A stretch of DNA of 63,341 bases, the filler included, from Folioceros fuciformis (taxonomy: Eukaryota), in assembly GCA_049999805.1 (NCBI GenBank). It is 14 parts of 14 records of this genome, joined end to end, with 100 filler letters (N's around TTAATTAATTAA, not from the genome) between each part and the next. Parts side by side here need not be neighbours in the genome. Positions count along the whole stretch, not along the records: positions 8,716 to 13,654 come from JBNGIO010002713.1; positions 13,755 to 16,149 come from JBNGIO010002714.1; positions 16,250 to 20,242 come from JBNGIO010002716.1; positions 20,343 to 21,754 come from JBNGIO010002717.1; positions 21,855 to 24,470 come from JBNGIO010002718.1; positions 24,571 to 27,238 come from JBNGIO010002719.1; 8 more parts are not named here. The stretch is one strand, 5' to 3'. How positions within the stretch are numbered: position 1 is the first letter of the stretch; each line of letters opens with the position of its first letter. Shown here piece after piece: positions 13,269 to 26,200 of this stretch. Both the position numbers and the translations under genes were made by a program. Under the pieces are notes generated by a model that did no database searches, was not told where the DNA came from, and saw only the letters and a program-made list of their open reading frames with translations.

Positions 13269-13349
13269 GCTAATGTGTTGTCAATCCCATTATTGACAAA
13301 TAATGTGAGGCTAATGTGTTGTCAATCCCATTGTTGACAATAATGTGAG
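13269..13349 (+). repeat. ~41-bp tandem duplication with an internal inverted repeat
   Basis: gctaatgtgTTGTCAAtcccattRTTGACAA(a)taatgtgag x2. Confidence 0.9.
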
Positions 13350-13753
13350 GCATGAAGAGCATTTATGTGCTTTTTATAAAACATGAACCCAAAACTCTTC
13401 ACTTAAAAGAAAAGAAAACTAGAACAACGAAGACAAAAACCTCAAAAGTAAAACTCAGAAAACACAAAAGCAATGGAATTCCGATACGGACATACGGTCT
13501 GCCATTTGGTTTTTTTTCCAATGTTTTACAAGAATATTTTTCAGAATCTTCAATGTACATACAAATTTTGGGGCTCCTCGTCACATCCCCAATTGGATTG
13601 ATCAAGAAACTAAAAGAATCTTTCTTTGGCACCTTTTTTCTTTCTTGGCCAATGNNNNNNNNNNNNNNNNNNNNNNNNNNNNNNNNNNNNNNNNNNNNTT
13701 AATTAATTAANNNNNNNNNNNNNNNNNNNNNNNNNNNNNNNNNNNNNNNNNNN

Positions 13754-15751
13754 NCAGCAATACTGTCCACCTCTCGTGACTTCTCATCCCCTATGCAAGA
13801 AGGCTCTCCCAAAGTCGTTCACCCTGACCCCCTAGAGTTCGGGGTTTGTGAGGCTGCTGGCATCCCCCCAGAGGCAACCACACCCCACTCATCCCCCTCT
13901 CGTGCTCTGCTGCCTTAGTTTGAGGCCGTGCCAGGCGACCAGGTTGGGGCCCTGGAATCCTCCCAGCATCCAACCCCCGTGGCCACGGGCCCATAGTCCT
14001 CCTTACAACCCCCTACCGACCAGCACCTCGCCATCCTCTCCTTGTCCATGGTTCCTAGCCGGCTTTCAGTCTTGACCGAGAATGACCCGAAGTCTTGGAG
14101 CTCCACCTTGAAGACAGTCCTCTCTCAGGGCACTAGCGCGGGGAACAAAAAGCCGAAGAGAAGAGCGGGCAAAGCCCCGTCCTCAACATCTCGTCGACGC
14201 AGTCCCAGACTAGCAGCTGCACCATATCCCATAGCGATAGGTGACTCCCACCCGGAGGGTGGACGGAAGCAGGAACAATCTCAACACCCCAAGGAGACCA
14301 GGGCAGACTCTGTATCCCTGTATGGGGTCCTAGGCACTATTACGTGTGAAGCGGTGCCCTCAGTGGCTACAGTTAACACTCAATCCGTCGAGATGTCGGA
14401 CGTCGTTCCATCGACGGATGACGGGTTTCCGTTCCCAGACATTCTCCCTTTGGCCTCTGCTTCACGATTCCGTGCATGATCAAGGTTTTCAGGGTAGAAG
14501 GCGAGCAAGCTGAGGCCTTGTGGCAACTAGAAGACTGTGTAATCCGATTCCTAGAGGTGGCCACAGACTCGAGGAAGACAGCGGTGGACGCTGTGACTAC
14601 AATCCTATGGGAGGGAGGTGCTCTTGGGAGGGATGACTTGCTCCTCTTCCTGCCAGAGTCCAAAGCCGTCTCCCCAGCCCACTCTACACCGATTACACTG
14701 CAAGGAGGGACCAGGGGAGTCCCGCTACGACAAGACTGGGTATGGCTTGCATCGGAGGTGTTTAGCATCGAGAGGCCCAAACTCCCCAACCCTGTGACAG
14801 TTCCAGAGCCCAACAGATAGGTTGAAGTCTCACTTGACGACTGCTTGGCTCCCGTGACGGCTATGGCCGACAAACACCAACTGATCTAATGTCGTTCACA
14901 CCACCAAGGCATGTCACAGGCCAACAACTGCAAGTAATCTCCTGGAATGTGAGAGAATTGTCGCGTTGGTCCAAGACATACTCTAAGTGGAGAGCCCTAT
15001 CGGTGTATGCCCAATCGTGGATTGATTGGGATATCTTCTGTGTCCAGGAGCATAAGCTAGATGCAAGAAAGGTGCAGGACCGTGCGCTAAAACGGCTGTA
15101 CTTCCAGGGGTAGACCTTCTGGGCCCCTACCCAAGGATCCAAAGGAGGGCTGGCAATCACAATCTAGTCACTACAGGATAAAATGCGAGAGCATGGCACG
15201 GACTCGGATATCTGCTTCCAATGGGTGTCACTGCACCTCTCGTGCGGGGTGGTTAGGGTGTGCAACGTTTATGCCCCTACGACACCTTGCCTCCGAGCTA
15301 CGACATGGAGAAGGATGAAGGACCGTCTTGACCCTGCTATTAGCTGGCTGGTGGTAGGGGATTTTAATTTTGTGGAGAGCCCTGAGGATCGCAGGGGTGG
15401 CAGCTCAGCGGGATAACTTCACACATGCAGAAGATGGACTAAACTCAAGGACTTGCACCTAAATGTGGAGGATCCTTGGAGAACTACTCCGGCTCTGCGA
15501 CACCCAGGCTCTCTTGCGTTTAGCTGGTCAAACCAACAGAGCAGCCCCATCCAGAGGAGACTAGACTGTATCTATATCCAGTCCTCTATTTGCCTGTGTG
15601 CAAACCTTTGCCATCACTCCTGGTACCATGCTATTAGATCATGCCCCGGTCCTGCTGTGCTTCTACTGTTCGGAATCAGGTAACAGCCCTACTGGCTTTG
15701 CAGGAAAGTTCGTTAGGATGAATACCTCTTTGCTCAAACATGGGGGTGTAA
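13754..15751 (+). mobile_element. L1-like LINE fragment: ORF1 remnants plus apurinic endonuclease (14925-15660), interrupted by an LTR-A insertion
   Basis: VISWNVRE, DIFCVQEHKL, GGLAI, CNVYAP, LVVGDFN, FSWSN..RRLDCIYI, LDHAPV, then RMNTSLL just before the LTR junction. The ORF1 assignment is positional only. Confidence 0.88.
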
Positions 15752-16149
15752 TGTGGAGGCAAAACCCCGGGCACTGATTGCCAACGGGTTCCACCTTTAG
15801 TGGCCACACTTATCCCACTATCGTTTAGATATTGGGTTTCCTTCCCACGAAGGAGCGATGGGGTTCCTTGCTGCTGTGGATGGAGGGTCGGACTTGATCG
15901 ACTCGATGATGGATTCGAGGGCTCCCCTCCAGCTCCGATCAGGCGTAGGACTGGCCTCGCTGTCCAGCGGTCAGCTGCACCTCTCTCGGTGCCCACACAC
16001 TCACTCCAGTCACTACAACGACCCTAACCTCTTAGATTTGCGGCTTCCCTCACTCACTTCACTCACTCTCTCACTCCAGCACCAACACCAGCAACTAACA
16101 ATGACACCACTACCTTCTACACTCCCCTACTGACTCCTCCTACCCGGCA
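15752..16149 (-). mobile_element. LTR family A, inverted, inserted in the LINE
   Basis: Starts TGTGGAGGCAAAACCCCGGG and is the reverse complement of 34230-34633. Confidence 0.88.
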
Positions 16150-16249
16150 NNNNNNNNNNNNNNNNNNNNNNNNNNNNNNNNNNNNNNNNNNNNTTAATTA
16201 ATTAANNNNNNNNNNNNNNNNNNNNNNNNNNNNNNNNNNNNNNNNNNNN

Positions 16250-19200
16250 GGGGAGTGCAGGCCCACCTGCCGCGGGCCGCCAGGCCCTACCCGCCAACCC
16301 CCAAGGGCGCCCGGCCAGTGGCACCCCCGGGGCCAGAGGGCGCTACAGGCGTCTAACGTCGGCGCCAGGGCGCGGCTACCCTGTCGGCGCCGCGACCTGC
16401 CCAGCCTACGAGCGCCGGCTCGGATGCAAGTGCCAACACGTTGCAGGCGTGTGAGTGTCGGTCGCAGTCACCGGACAGCGTCGCGAGCATCGCAGTTACC
16501 AGAGCGCCGACGCCGAGAGCAAGAGTGCGGGCACAGAAACGATCCCAGCTGCGGAAGTGGGGATCTCGATCGGACGATGGGAGATATTCTAGTTGTGAGC
16601 GACCGAAGCCTAAATCGTGGACAACCGTTTTGTTCTGAGGGTAACGTTTTACATTTCGACCGCTTTCTAACTAGCCTTTTGGTTGATTTGCATCGATTTT
16701 GAAACATGACCTCCTCAGAAAACGTCATGTTCAATATCGAGAAGTTAGCTGGTACTAACTTCCTGTCCTGGAAAGAACAAGTATATAATGTTCTCGTACA
16801 AAAGAAGCAGATCAAGCCTATCAAGTTGCTAGGAGTGAAACTCGTTGGCATGACTCAGGATGAGTGGCAGGATCTAGATGAGCTTGCTAGGTCTACCATC
16901 ATGCTAACATTGTCGAAGTTGGTCTACGTCAACGTGAAAGACAAGACCACAAGTTACGAGCTATGGCAGAAGTTGTGTGACCTATATGAGAAGCAAAGTG
17001 CGGCTTCTCAGGTGTACTGGTTGAAACAGCTGGTGGACTTGAAGATGAAGGAAGGGACGAGGATGTCCGATCATCTGAACGAGTTCAATACCATTTTCAG
17101 CCAGCTCTCATCTCAAGGTATCTCGTTCCCAAATTCCATGAGAGCTATGTTTCTGTTGGTCACGTTACCAGAGAGTTGGGACACTTTTCATACAGCTCTG
17201 AGTAATTCCACTCCTGCTAGTGGTCTTACTGTTGTAAATGTAGAAGGTAGCCTGTTAACATAGGAGGTGAACATAAAGAATATGGAACCTTCGAAAGGTT
17301 CCAATACCCTCATGGTGAGAGGAAGGTCCACTTCAAAGGGGAAGTACAAGGAGCGAAGTCTTTCCCGTAGTAAGTCTCGTAGTCATAACAATGTTGAGTG
17401 TTACCATTGTCACAAGAAGAGTCACATCAGAAGGGACTGCAAGAAGTTCAAGAAGGACAAAGGAAAGGAGAAGAAGCAGAGCGACAACAAGGCAAGTCCG
17501 AGTGTCAAGCGTGACGAAGTGAACTCTATTGATGATGGAGATGTTCTTACCTCTTCTTCCTTCGATTCTGCACAACTGTCAGCCGTGGAGAGTCACTTAT
17601 TCTCTAATTGGATAATTGACTCTAGAGCATTTTTCCATATCACTCCGCATAGGGAGTGGTTTAGCACTTATGATGCTATTAGGAAAGGATGTGTTCGGCT
17701 TGGAAATACCTACGCATGCGAGATTGCAGGCCAATTTGGTGACGTGCAGCTGAAGTTCGTCCATGGATCTTCATTCGTACTAAAGGATGTTAGGCATGTT
17801 CCAAAGTTGACCAAAAGCATGATTAGTGCAGGGCAGTTGGATGATGCTGGCTATCATTGTTGGTTTGGAGATCGTTCTTGGAAGATCTCCAAAGGTTCTC
17901 TTGTGTTAGCTCGTGGATCGAAGTGTGGCACTTTGTACTCACTTCATGTGACCACTGTCAAGGATCATGTGATTTGTGTAACGGAACAGCCAAATGTTTC
18001 CTTATGGCATAGTCGGTTAGGACATATGTCTTAAAAAGGAATGAAGATCTTATCTTGTTTTGGTTACGTCCCTGCTTTTGACTTCTCCGATTTCTCCATG
18101 TGTGAGCACTGTTTGTATGGGAAACAGACGAAGTCACCACATGGAGCAAGAGGTAAACACAAAAGTAAACCTCTTGAGTTGGTTCACAGTGACGTTTGTG
18201 GATATATGCCCACGGTATTGTTAGGTGGTGCATCTTATTTTGTCACTTTCATAGATGATTTCTCACGCAAGGTGTGGGTTTATCCTTTGAGGAAAAAGGA
18301 TGATGTTCTGACAGTGTTTCAAAAATTCGTCACCCTTGTGGAGAATCAGTCTCGCCTCCGACTGAAGTGTCTAAGGACAGACAATGGGGGAGAGTATGTT
18401 TCGAAGGCTTTCCAGTCATTCTGTGATTCCAAGGGAATCAAGAGAGAATTGACTACGCCGTATACTCATCCCCAGAATGGTGTGGCTGAATGGATGAACA
18501 GGACCATCCAGGAGAGGATGCGTAGTTTGTTGTCAAACTTTGGATTGCCTAACGGATATTGGGCAGAAGCAGTGGTTACTGCGGTGCATCTTATTAATAG
18601 ATCTTCTAATAGGGCTGTGGATGAACAGGTTCCAGAGGAGATGTGGTCTGGAAAGAAGCGGTCATACAAGCATCTACGAGTGTTTGGCTGCGAGGCATAC
18701 TACCATGTTCCGAAGGAGTTTCAGGACAAGTTGGCACCCAAGTCCAAGAAATGTATTTTTCTTGGCTATGGTGAATCTGGTGAGATGGGATACTGTCTAT
18801 GGGATCCAGAGGCCAAGAAAATGGTTCGCAGCAATGACGTGTTCTTCAATGAGGCCAAGATGCATAAGAAGCCTACTCCAACTGTGGAGGTGCGACGGGT
18901 GGTCTTCCAAGAAGATGGACTTACCGTCCCGCGCTGGTTGGACGTCATGATGTGCAGGAACCAGTTCCTCCACTTGTAGAAGAGGAGAGAGTGCAACTAG
19001 CTGCAATAGAGGCACCAGTGCTTCGTAGGTTACGAGAGATTTCACGTCCTCCTGACATGTATGTTGCTTCTCTTGATTATGTCATTCTGACGGATTGTGG
19101 GGAGCCCTCTTGTTATCAAGAGGCCATGTCAGTGACTGACAAGGACAAGTGGCAGAAGGCGATGTAGTCGCAAATGGATTCGCTCCACAAGAACCAAACT

Positions 19201-20242
19201 TGGGAGTTGGTTCGGTTGCCTAGGGGCAAGAAGGCGTTGCCATGCAAATGGGTGTATAAGATGAAGGGCATACCCCATTATGGCAAACCCAAGTACAAGG
19301 CACGATTGGTTGCTAAGGGTTTTAAGCAACAGCAAGGTATTGACTTTGATGAGATTTTCTCACCAATTGTCAAAATGACCAACTTGCGATGTGTTCTTGA
19401 TCTAGTTGCGAGGCACGACATGGAACTTGTCCAGATGGATGTGAAGTCGGCATTTCTGCATGGTGATCTCAAGGAAGAGGTATACATGCAGCAACCAGAG
19501 GGTTTCATTGAGAAAGGCAAAGAGAATATAGTGTGCAGGTTAAAGAAGAGCCTTTATGGTTTGAAGCAGGCACCCAGGCAGTGGTGTTTCAAGTTCCACT
19601 CATTTATGCTTTCTCAAGGCTACAAGTATAGTGATGAGGATCATTGCCTCTATACGAAGCAAGCTAAGGATGGAAGCTTGCTCATTCTGGTCCTCTATGT
19701 GGATGACATGCTAATTGCTGGGACTAACAGTGATGAGATTTCAGCGTTGAAGTCAAAGCTGAATGCTCGCTTTGACATGATAGACTTGGGAGAGGCAAGC
19801 CATATTCTTGGCATGCGTATTCGTCGAGACAGACAGAAGCATTTGCTTTACTTGTCTTAGACTGAATGGATTAACAAGGTGCTTCAACGTTTCAATATGG
19901 AAAAGGGGAAGGTATTGAGTACTCCGTTGCCTCCATATGTGAAACTGTCAAGCAAGGATTGCCCAAGTTCTGCGGAGGATAAAGCTCAAATGGAAAAGGA
20001 TCCATACTCATCAGCTGTAGGGAGTTTGATGTATGCAATGATTGCTACAGATCCTGACATTGCTTTTGCAGTGGGAGTGGTTAGCAGGTGTATGTCAAAC
20101 CCTGGCAGGAAGCATTGGGAGGCAGTGAAAGGAGTTATGAGGTACTTAAATGGTACGAAAGCTTTGTGCTTATGTTTTAGTAGTGAAGATGCCTCTGTCG
20201 TAGGATATACGGATGCTGATTATGCAGGGGATATGGACAAAA
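16250..20242 (+). mobile_element. gag-pol: Ty1/copia (Tnt1/Tork-like) internal region; gag-pol pseudogene from 16706
   Basis: IEKLAGTNF..WK gag start, CYHCHKKSHIRRDC knuckle, WIIDSRAFFH protease, LWHSRLGHMS, LVHSDVCG and RTDNGGEY integrase, YKARLVAKGF, QMDVKSAFLHG and LYVDDMLI RT, GYTDADYAGD. In-frame stops at 17261, 18032, 19165 and 19858, and a frameshift near 18950. Confidence 0.97.
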
Positions 20243-20342
20243 NNNNNNNNNNNNNNNNNNNNNNNNNNNNNNNNNNNNNNNNNNNNTTAATTAATTAANN
20301 NNNNNNNNNNNNNNNNNNNNNNNNNNNNNNNNNNNNNNNNNN

Positions 20343-21113
20343 TTTAAGCTGACCTCACAGCAGTCACCACAAAGTGAAGAAGAGCAACAAGCCATGATGG
20401 ATGTTCCATACAGGCATGCTGTAGGATGCCTTAATTACATTGCTTGCTGGACACGGCCTGACATTCAACATGCCGTTAGTTCAGTGTCCCAATTTTTGGA
20501 AAAATCTGGTAAAGATCATTGGAGTGCAGTCAAGCGTGTAATGCGATATCTTAGAGGAACTTCAGCTTATGGTCTCTGCTATCGGCTTGGCTCACCTGAT
20601 TCAGATTTCACACTCGTTGGGTATGCCGACGCCGACTGGGCCACAGACCCTGAAACCCATCGGAGTTTGTCAGCCTACCGCTTCTTCTTATCTGGAGCTG
20701 TTGTAAATTGGAGCTCAAAGAAACAAGTATCCGTGGCCTTGTCCTCCACGGAAGCCGAGTATAAGGCTCTTACAGACTCTGCTAAGGAAGCAGAGTGGGA
20801 GCGTAGTTTCTTGGCTGGCCTCTTGTTTCGACAAGCATAACCCACAACGGTGTTTTGTGATAATCAGTCTACCATTGCTTTGGTTGGAAACCCGCGTTTC
20901 CATGCCCGCACAAAACACATTGAAATTCAGCATCATTTTGTGCGACACTCTGTTGAAAGGCAAATTGTCAAGATTTCTTATGTATCAACAGATTTCAATG
21001 TTGCTGACCTGCTTACCAAGGCCTTGCCGACATCCAAGCATTCTTTCTTTCGTGATCAGATGGGGCTTGTGGATTATGTTGGCTTTCCCTCTCAACAGGT
21101 TTTGGACTCTTGA
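20343..21113 (+). pseudogene. pol: Ty1/copia RT end and RNase H
   Basis: PYRHAVGCL, GYADADWA, WSSKKQVSVALSSTEAEY, CDNQSTI..NPRFHARTKHIEIQHHFVR, ADLLTKAL. Confidence 0.95.
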
Positions 21114-21253
21114 CTTGCTTCACGTCCGGCGCATCAGGCTCTCGTGGATGAAGCTCCTTTGCTGTATTTAATCGCGATTTCCTGCTGCTTGTTTGACCGT
21201 GGCTGTGTGACGTGTCCTCCGAACTGTGTTAGTCTGTCGTGGTTAAGGGGGTG

Positions 21254-21460
21254 TGTTAAGAGACCTACCAGGTCTTGGTAACCACATCATTAGATTAGGG
21301 TTGATAATATATTTACCATAATTAGCCTTGATTAATTAGCCCTAATATGAAGAGACACTTTACTTACGTATTTAAACATTTTTGTTAATTGTAATGTATT
21401 ATTCTTTTGCCTACCATTGTTCTGATTTTCTCAAGCTCTCCGCTCTAGAAAACTCTAACA
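21254..21460 (+). mobile_element. Copia 3' LTR (207 bp) preceded by a polypurine tract (PPT)
   Basis: PPT AAGGGGG at 21245-21251. Termini TGTTA...TAACA. Directly abuts a gypsy gag on the opposite strand. Confidence 0.8.
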
Positions 21461-21754
21461 ACCTCCCTCTTCTCTTCCCACTGCAGGTACATACAGCCAT
21501 GGCTGTATCTTCCCCATAGTAACCCTCCTTGGTGCTGTCCAGCCCCTCCAGCCCCCTAAGAACCTTGGCTTCAACCTCCTCCCAAACAGCCATGAGGGCT
21601 TCTTCCACGTGCATGGCTGTTGCGGTCCCTTGAGGTGCTGCTTGCTGCACCCCCATCACCGCCGGCTGAGCTATTCTCACGCTCTTCCTAGGGTTCTGGC
21701 AAAGCACGCTGCCCGCCATGTGCCCCTGCTGTTTGCAGTCCTGGCACAACCTAT
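21461..21754 (-). pseudogene. gag: Athila-like gypsy gag fragment
   Basis: CQDCKQQGH knuckle and ALMAVWE..LRGLEGL..YYGEDTAMAV, homologous to 45797-46080. Confidence 0.8.
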
Positions 21755-21854
21755 NNNNNNNNNNNNNNNNNNNNNNNNNNNNNNNNNNNNNNNNNNNNTT
21801 AATTAATTAANNNNNNNNNNNNNNNNNNNNNNNNNNNNNNNNNNNNNNNNNNNN

Positions 21855-21901
21855 CATTCTGCTCTTCAAAATGGGAGTCCCGAAAGTTTTTTTCCTCTAC
21901 A
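21855..21901 (-). mobile_element. LTR family B 5' terminus (TGTAGAGGAAAAAAACTTTCGGGACTCCCATTTTG)
   Basis: Near-identical to 50878-50925. Identity ends at the TG boundary and the flank is gag sequence. Confidence 0.8.
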
Positions 21902-22200
21902 CTCCTCCAATTTGACAGACACATTGGCAGACACATCTGCGAGCAGTGGCGAGAAGGATCGCCATCACTAGTGGGGCAGGAGGAAACGCCGAAAGGTCTG
22001 ACGGAGGTCTGAGGAAGAGAGGAGGCTATGGAACCAGCAACGCGCGCTAAGGGAGAACGACATCTTATGGACGAACGAACCCAAGGGGCGGAGATAGCAG
22101 AAGAAACCTCACATCTAGACAGATTGAGAGCACTTGGTTTCCCTCCAAACATTCGGCAAGAGGTAGCAGAGATGATTCGGGAGGAGTTGGATCAAATTCC
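21902..22200 (+). pseudogene. gag: Athila-like gag-pol linker fragment
   Basis: LDRLRALGFPPNIRQEVAEMIREELDQ matches LDKRRELGFPPDVR*EVAEMIREELEQ at 46353-46435. Confidence 0.75.
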
Positions 22201-23529
22201 TAAACGTTCGGCGACGAGAAGAGAAGGCCGAGGTGGCCGAGTTCGAGAGCGAGAGAGTCGGAAAGTGTTGAGCCCTAAATGAGATAGGACGAGAGAACCA
22301 TGTGTGTCGAGCTTGAGAAGGAGAGGTGAAGAGTCAGAGTGGCCGGGTGTTGGGGTTGTGGTCCTGGAAGTGAAAGATGTGTCTAGACATGTGAGCGAGC
22401 TGTGATTGTGTGTTAGCGTCGGTATGATTAAGAGTGTGGGGGCAAGTTCGAGGCTGGTGAAGGACTAACTGTATGAGTGTCGGCTGAGTGGGGAAGTGAG
22501 TTGCACATGTTCTGTGGAGACGTGTGGTGTCAGGGAGTCTTTGAGAAAAGTGTGTGAATGAGAGTGGATTTGGGAATCGGTGCCGAGTGGTTGGCCATTG
22601 TTGGTGTGGCTTGAGTGAGAATGGGTATGGAGCCGAGTGCGACGTGAGATTGTCGCGACGTTGGAGCAACGAAGGTCGTTGAAGTGGCCGAAGGTAGTAA
22701 GTGGGTTGGATGAGTGACTCGGGTGCGACCAGGCTGTGGCTTAGTTCCTGATAAGAGTTTAGCCGGGATGTCACTGTGAGGTTGGAGCACATTCTTCGTG
22801 GTAGTTGGAAGATGTGGCGTTGATTGTGTGGGCGCGGCTGAGAGGAAGGCGTCCGGAGCCCGGAAGGTGGTGAGAAATGGAGATGACTACGTGCTGTGAG
22901 GAAATGCTTGAGGGTTGACGGCAGAGCGGTACCCCTTTGTCACTAGAGTGTGTGGAGAGGTGTAAGCCCGCATGAGAGAGAGGAACCCTGTGTGTATGAG
23001 TATGTGTGTATGCCTGACGGACCATGAATGAAGATGAAGGTCCCCGATATGAGGGTGAAGACCGGGAAAGAAATCGGAGGGAAGGTAAGTTTCTGGGTTA
23101 GAGAGAGAAATCGAAGAGAGAGAGAGAGAGGTAGTGGGCCCCACTGAGGTAGCCGAAAGGGCGACCATCGTAGGAGGACAACGGGGGTAGCCGAGCAGAG
23201 AGGTAGATGTGGAGGCGACGGGGTAGCCGGGGAACGGTAATTGGAGTAACCCTCACCCCAGTAGTCGAGTAGGCCTGTCAGGGAGTTCAAGGTCACGGTA
23301 GCTAAGGAGGCGACGGTGGTAGCCGAGTCGCGACAGGGTAGAGGTAGATGAATAGGGGGTAGACGAGCGGCAAGTGAGTAAGACTGACCCTGGGTAGTAA
23401 CTGACTTTGTGAGAAAGCCTGTGTTATTTAACACAAATGATTCCCTTGGGATTGAATCCCAGCGCTATAACGACAAAGAGGGTTTGTGTAGACCTCGCAG
23501 CACCCCCGGGTGCAATATTTTCCCCCACA
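22200..23529 (+). mobile_element. 3' part of an LTR (assigned to family B), ending ...CCCCACA, inserted in a LINE
   Basis: Purine-rich and homologous to the reverse complement of 53530-54480 (e.g. aacacaaat.attcccttgggat..aatcccag.gcta.aacgaca.agaggg). Shared terminus CCCCACA. Confidence 0.75.
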
Positions 23530-24470
23530 CCTACCAAGAAAAATGCAATACAGGATCCGTCTTCCACCCACAATCCGTCTTCTGTGGGGCAGCAAGGGTT
23601 TTCCGGAACGAATGCGCTTCACTATTTGGAAGATGTTCCAAGCGGCCCTTCCAAACGCGGATCGGTGGAACGGCCTCGTCGAAGCCATTGGTTATTCTCA
23701 CTGCACCCTGTGTCCGCAAGGTCAAGAGAACAAAAGTGAGCACATGTTCTTCAGATGCAGCTCAGCCAAGTCAATGTGGAAGCGACTGGAGGTGTGGACA
23801 CGAAGACTTCTTCACAGACCGCAAGTTAGGGTCCTGGAACATACAGCGCTGTTCGGCCTGATCACGTCTTCCGAGTGCCCCCTCTGCGCTCTTCAGTGGT
23901 GGCCGATCCTTTGGGCGTCCACCATTCATCACCTGTGGGTGCACTAGTCTGCCGTGACCTTCGGAGGACAGGAACCAAAACACACCAATGCTCTCCTCTG
24001 CAGCATCTGGGAAACCATGACCCACAACGCCTTAGCCCTCCAGCGCACCAGCAAAAGGACCTTCAAGCCTGATGCTTGGAGAAAGGGAGGTTTCCTCTCT
24101 AGCGACCAACCTCCTTCTTGGTCCTACAATTGCAAGTTTTGAAAGCGCCTGCCCGGTGGAATGGGGGTGGGATGGCCATGGCGGGCAGGCACAAGGCCTG
24201 GTCGAGTTTGGTGACCAAAGTGAGTAGGGTAGGGACCGAGATGAATTCATAGCTTTCTCTGATCCTTCGGATTTTGTGCCGGCCCGATCAGATCTAGATG
24301 CCTAGGGATTCTGGAGTTGATCTCGGGTACGCATGCACCCTCTGTGGTCGCTAAATGGGGTCCATGTCACGGTCTATTCCCTCGTAGGGTCCTGATAGGA
24401 CCCCTGGGGGCCCTCTGTACTTATCACTTTATTTTCAAAGGGCCTTAACTCTTCACAAAAAAAAAAAAAA
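23530..24470 (+). mobile_element. L1-like LINE 3' end: zf-RVT domain, 3' UTR and poly(A)
   Basis: RFTIWKMFQAALP..D...CTLC....SEHMFFRCSSAKSMW..IHHLW. A-run at 24457-24470 runs into the gap. Confidence 0.88.
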
Positions 24471-24570
24471 NNNNNNNNNNNNNNNNNNNNNNNNNNNNNN
24501 NNNNNNNNNNNNNNTTAATTAATTAANNNNNNNNNNNNNNNNNNNNNNNNNNNNNNNNNNNNNNNNNNNN

Positions 24571-24656
24571 ACCCAATGTCTCAACGACAGTGGGATAAGT
24601 GTGGCCACTAAAGCTGGGACCCGTCGGCAATCAGTGCCCGGGGTTTTGCCTCCACA
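24571..24656 (+). mobile_element. LTR family A terminus
   Basis: Matches the end of 1900-2028 and finishes TCCACA. Truncates the accessory ORF next to it. Confidence 0.85.
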
Positions 24657-26200
24657 CTTACCTTGTAAATCCTTTGCAAGGTAGACTTGTTCTCGTAGCT
24701 GTTCCTACACCACCTTCCTAGTTTCCTCAGACTGGGCGAGGTCCTTTCGACATGCCATGATCTCATGTGATAAACCATGTTGGGAAGTCTGCAACGTGGT
24801 CACCTGTTGGGTCAACTTCTCCAGTTCTTGCCTTTGCTCACCATTCTTGAGGAGATACTGTCCTTGCTCCTTCTCCAATTCTTGCACTTTGGCTTCTAGT
24901 CGTGTCTGGTCTGCATCTCGACTTATGTCCTCCTGTAGTAGGGCTGCAATCATCACACAGGCCTCTGTCCACACAGGCCTTTGTCCAATTGATGTTTTGT
25001 AGTTGTTGGCCACATCGAATGATGTTGAACCACACTCCCAATGAAGTGTCGTCACCTTGGCTTGTGGCTTGTGGCGTGTGCTCCCCGGGCTGCCTCCCAA
25101 TTCACTGGGCTCCTTCTCCCCAGATTTGGTGCTCCACTCTATGCTTGCATTACTGGTGTCATCGCCAAATCCCCTCCCTAGTACCTTACTTCAACTATTT
25201 GTTGGCTTGGTCTAGGATCCCTCTCTGTCTCCATCTCAGTTGGGGTGGAATCTAGGGCTATTGGGGTGGTGCCTTCGGTCCCTTTGCTACTCCCTAGGTC
25301 TCCGTATCAACGGGGTTTCATCTTCATCAGATTCATCATAGGCTGCCATGGCTAATTTGGAATCAAGTGGGGACTCCTCATCCGTAAGAGGGGTCGACAC
25401 TCCACTAGAGATGAAAGCCTCCCCTTGCAACGGAACTATAAAAGGTTGTTCCGCCTCCTCCAACTCTTCTAGTGTTAACAACCCTTCTGTCTTCCATAAG
25501 TGCACCAAATAAGTCGAGAGGTAGTAGGGACGTGCACTCCTCCCCTCCCTTTCGTTTAGCTTGAGAAACTTCTCCCTGTGGTAGGTATACGCCTCATACA
25601 TAATTAACCCCAGTCTAGCTTTGCTCCTTGAGTCACTCTCCAAAGGAAGTGGAGGAAAGCATTGCTGAAATATGAGGTGCGTTGATAGTTCACTAATCCA
25701 AGAACCACCTTTGTGAACAACCGCCATTTGAGCTCCTTGATCCTCTCAGTCCTCCACCCGTTCTTGGTTCTTGCTAGCACCCCTCCCAACAACAATTCTA
25801 GTGCTCCAGATGGTAGGGTGGTGTTGGGTGACCTGCGCCCATTTATGGTTTTATCTAGGATCCCAATACCAATGCTCTCCTCTTCCGACCTACTGTACAC
25901 CTGTTTGATGCTCCAGACAGTCCAACACTGAGGGTCAGTCCTCACGTTTTGTTTAGGTAGGGCTTCCAACTCCTCCTTCGATTGTTGTAGGTTGGTATAG
26001 CACTCCTTCACCAAGCCTTCATGAACATACGACCAGTGTCTGCCATATATCCAGTCAAGATGGATGTTTGCGTCACATGCCCAACTCTGTAGGTCTATCA
26101 AATCCCTTGAGTTCAGCTAGCCCCTACTAGGCACCCGCTCACATGTATCATGCCCACATCAATCCCATAGCCGTTGTAGGCTTCCCCATAATCGCTCCCC
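24657..26200 (-). pseudogene. Gypsy accessory ORF homolog (divergent subfamily) with a C-terminal coiled coil
   Basis: WSYVHEGLVKEC..VRTDPQCWTVWSIKQVYSR..KNGWR..GAKLDWG..YLSTYLVHLW aligns with 61013-61738 and 48897-50399. Heptad-like tail at 24705-24970. Confidence 0.75.
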
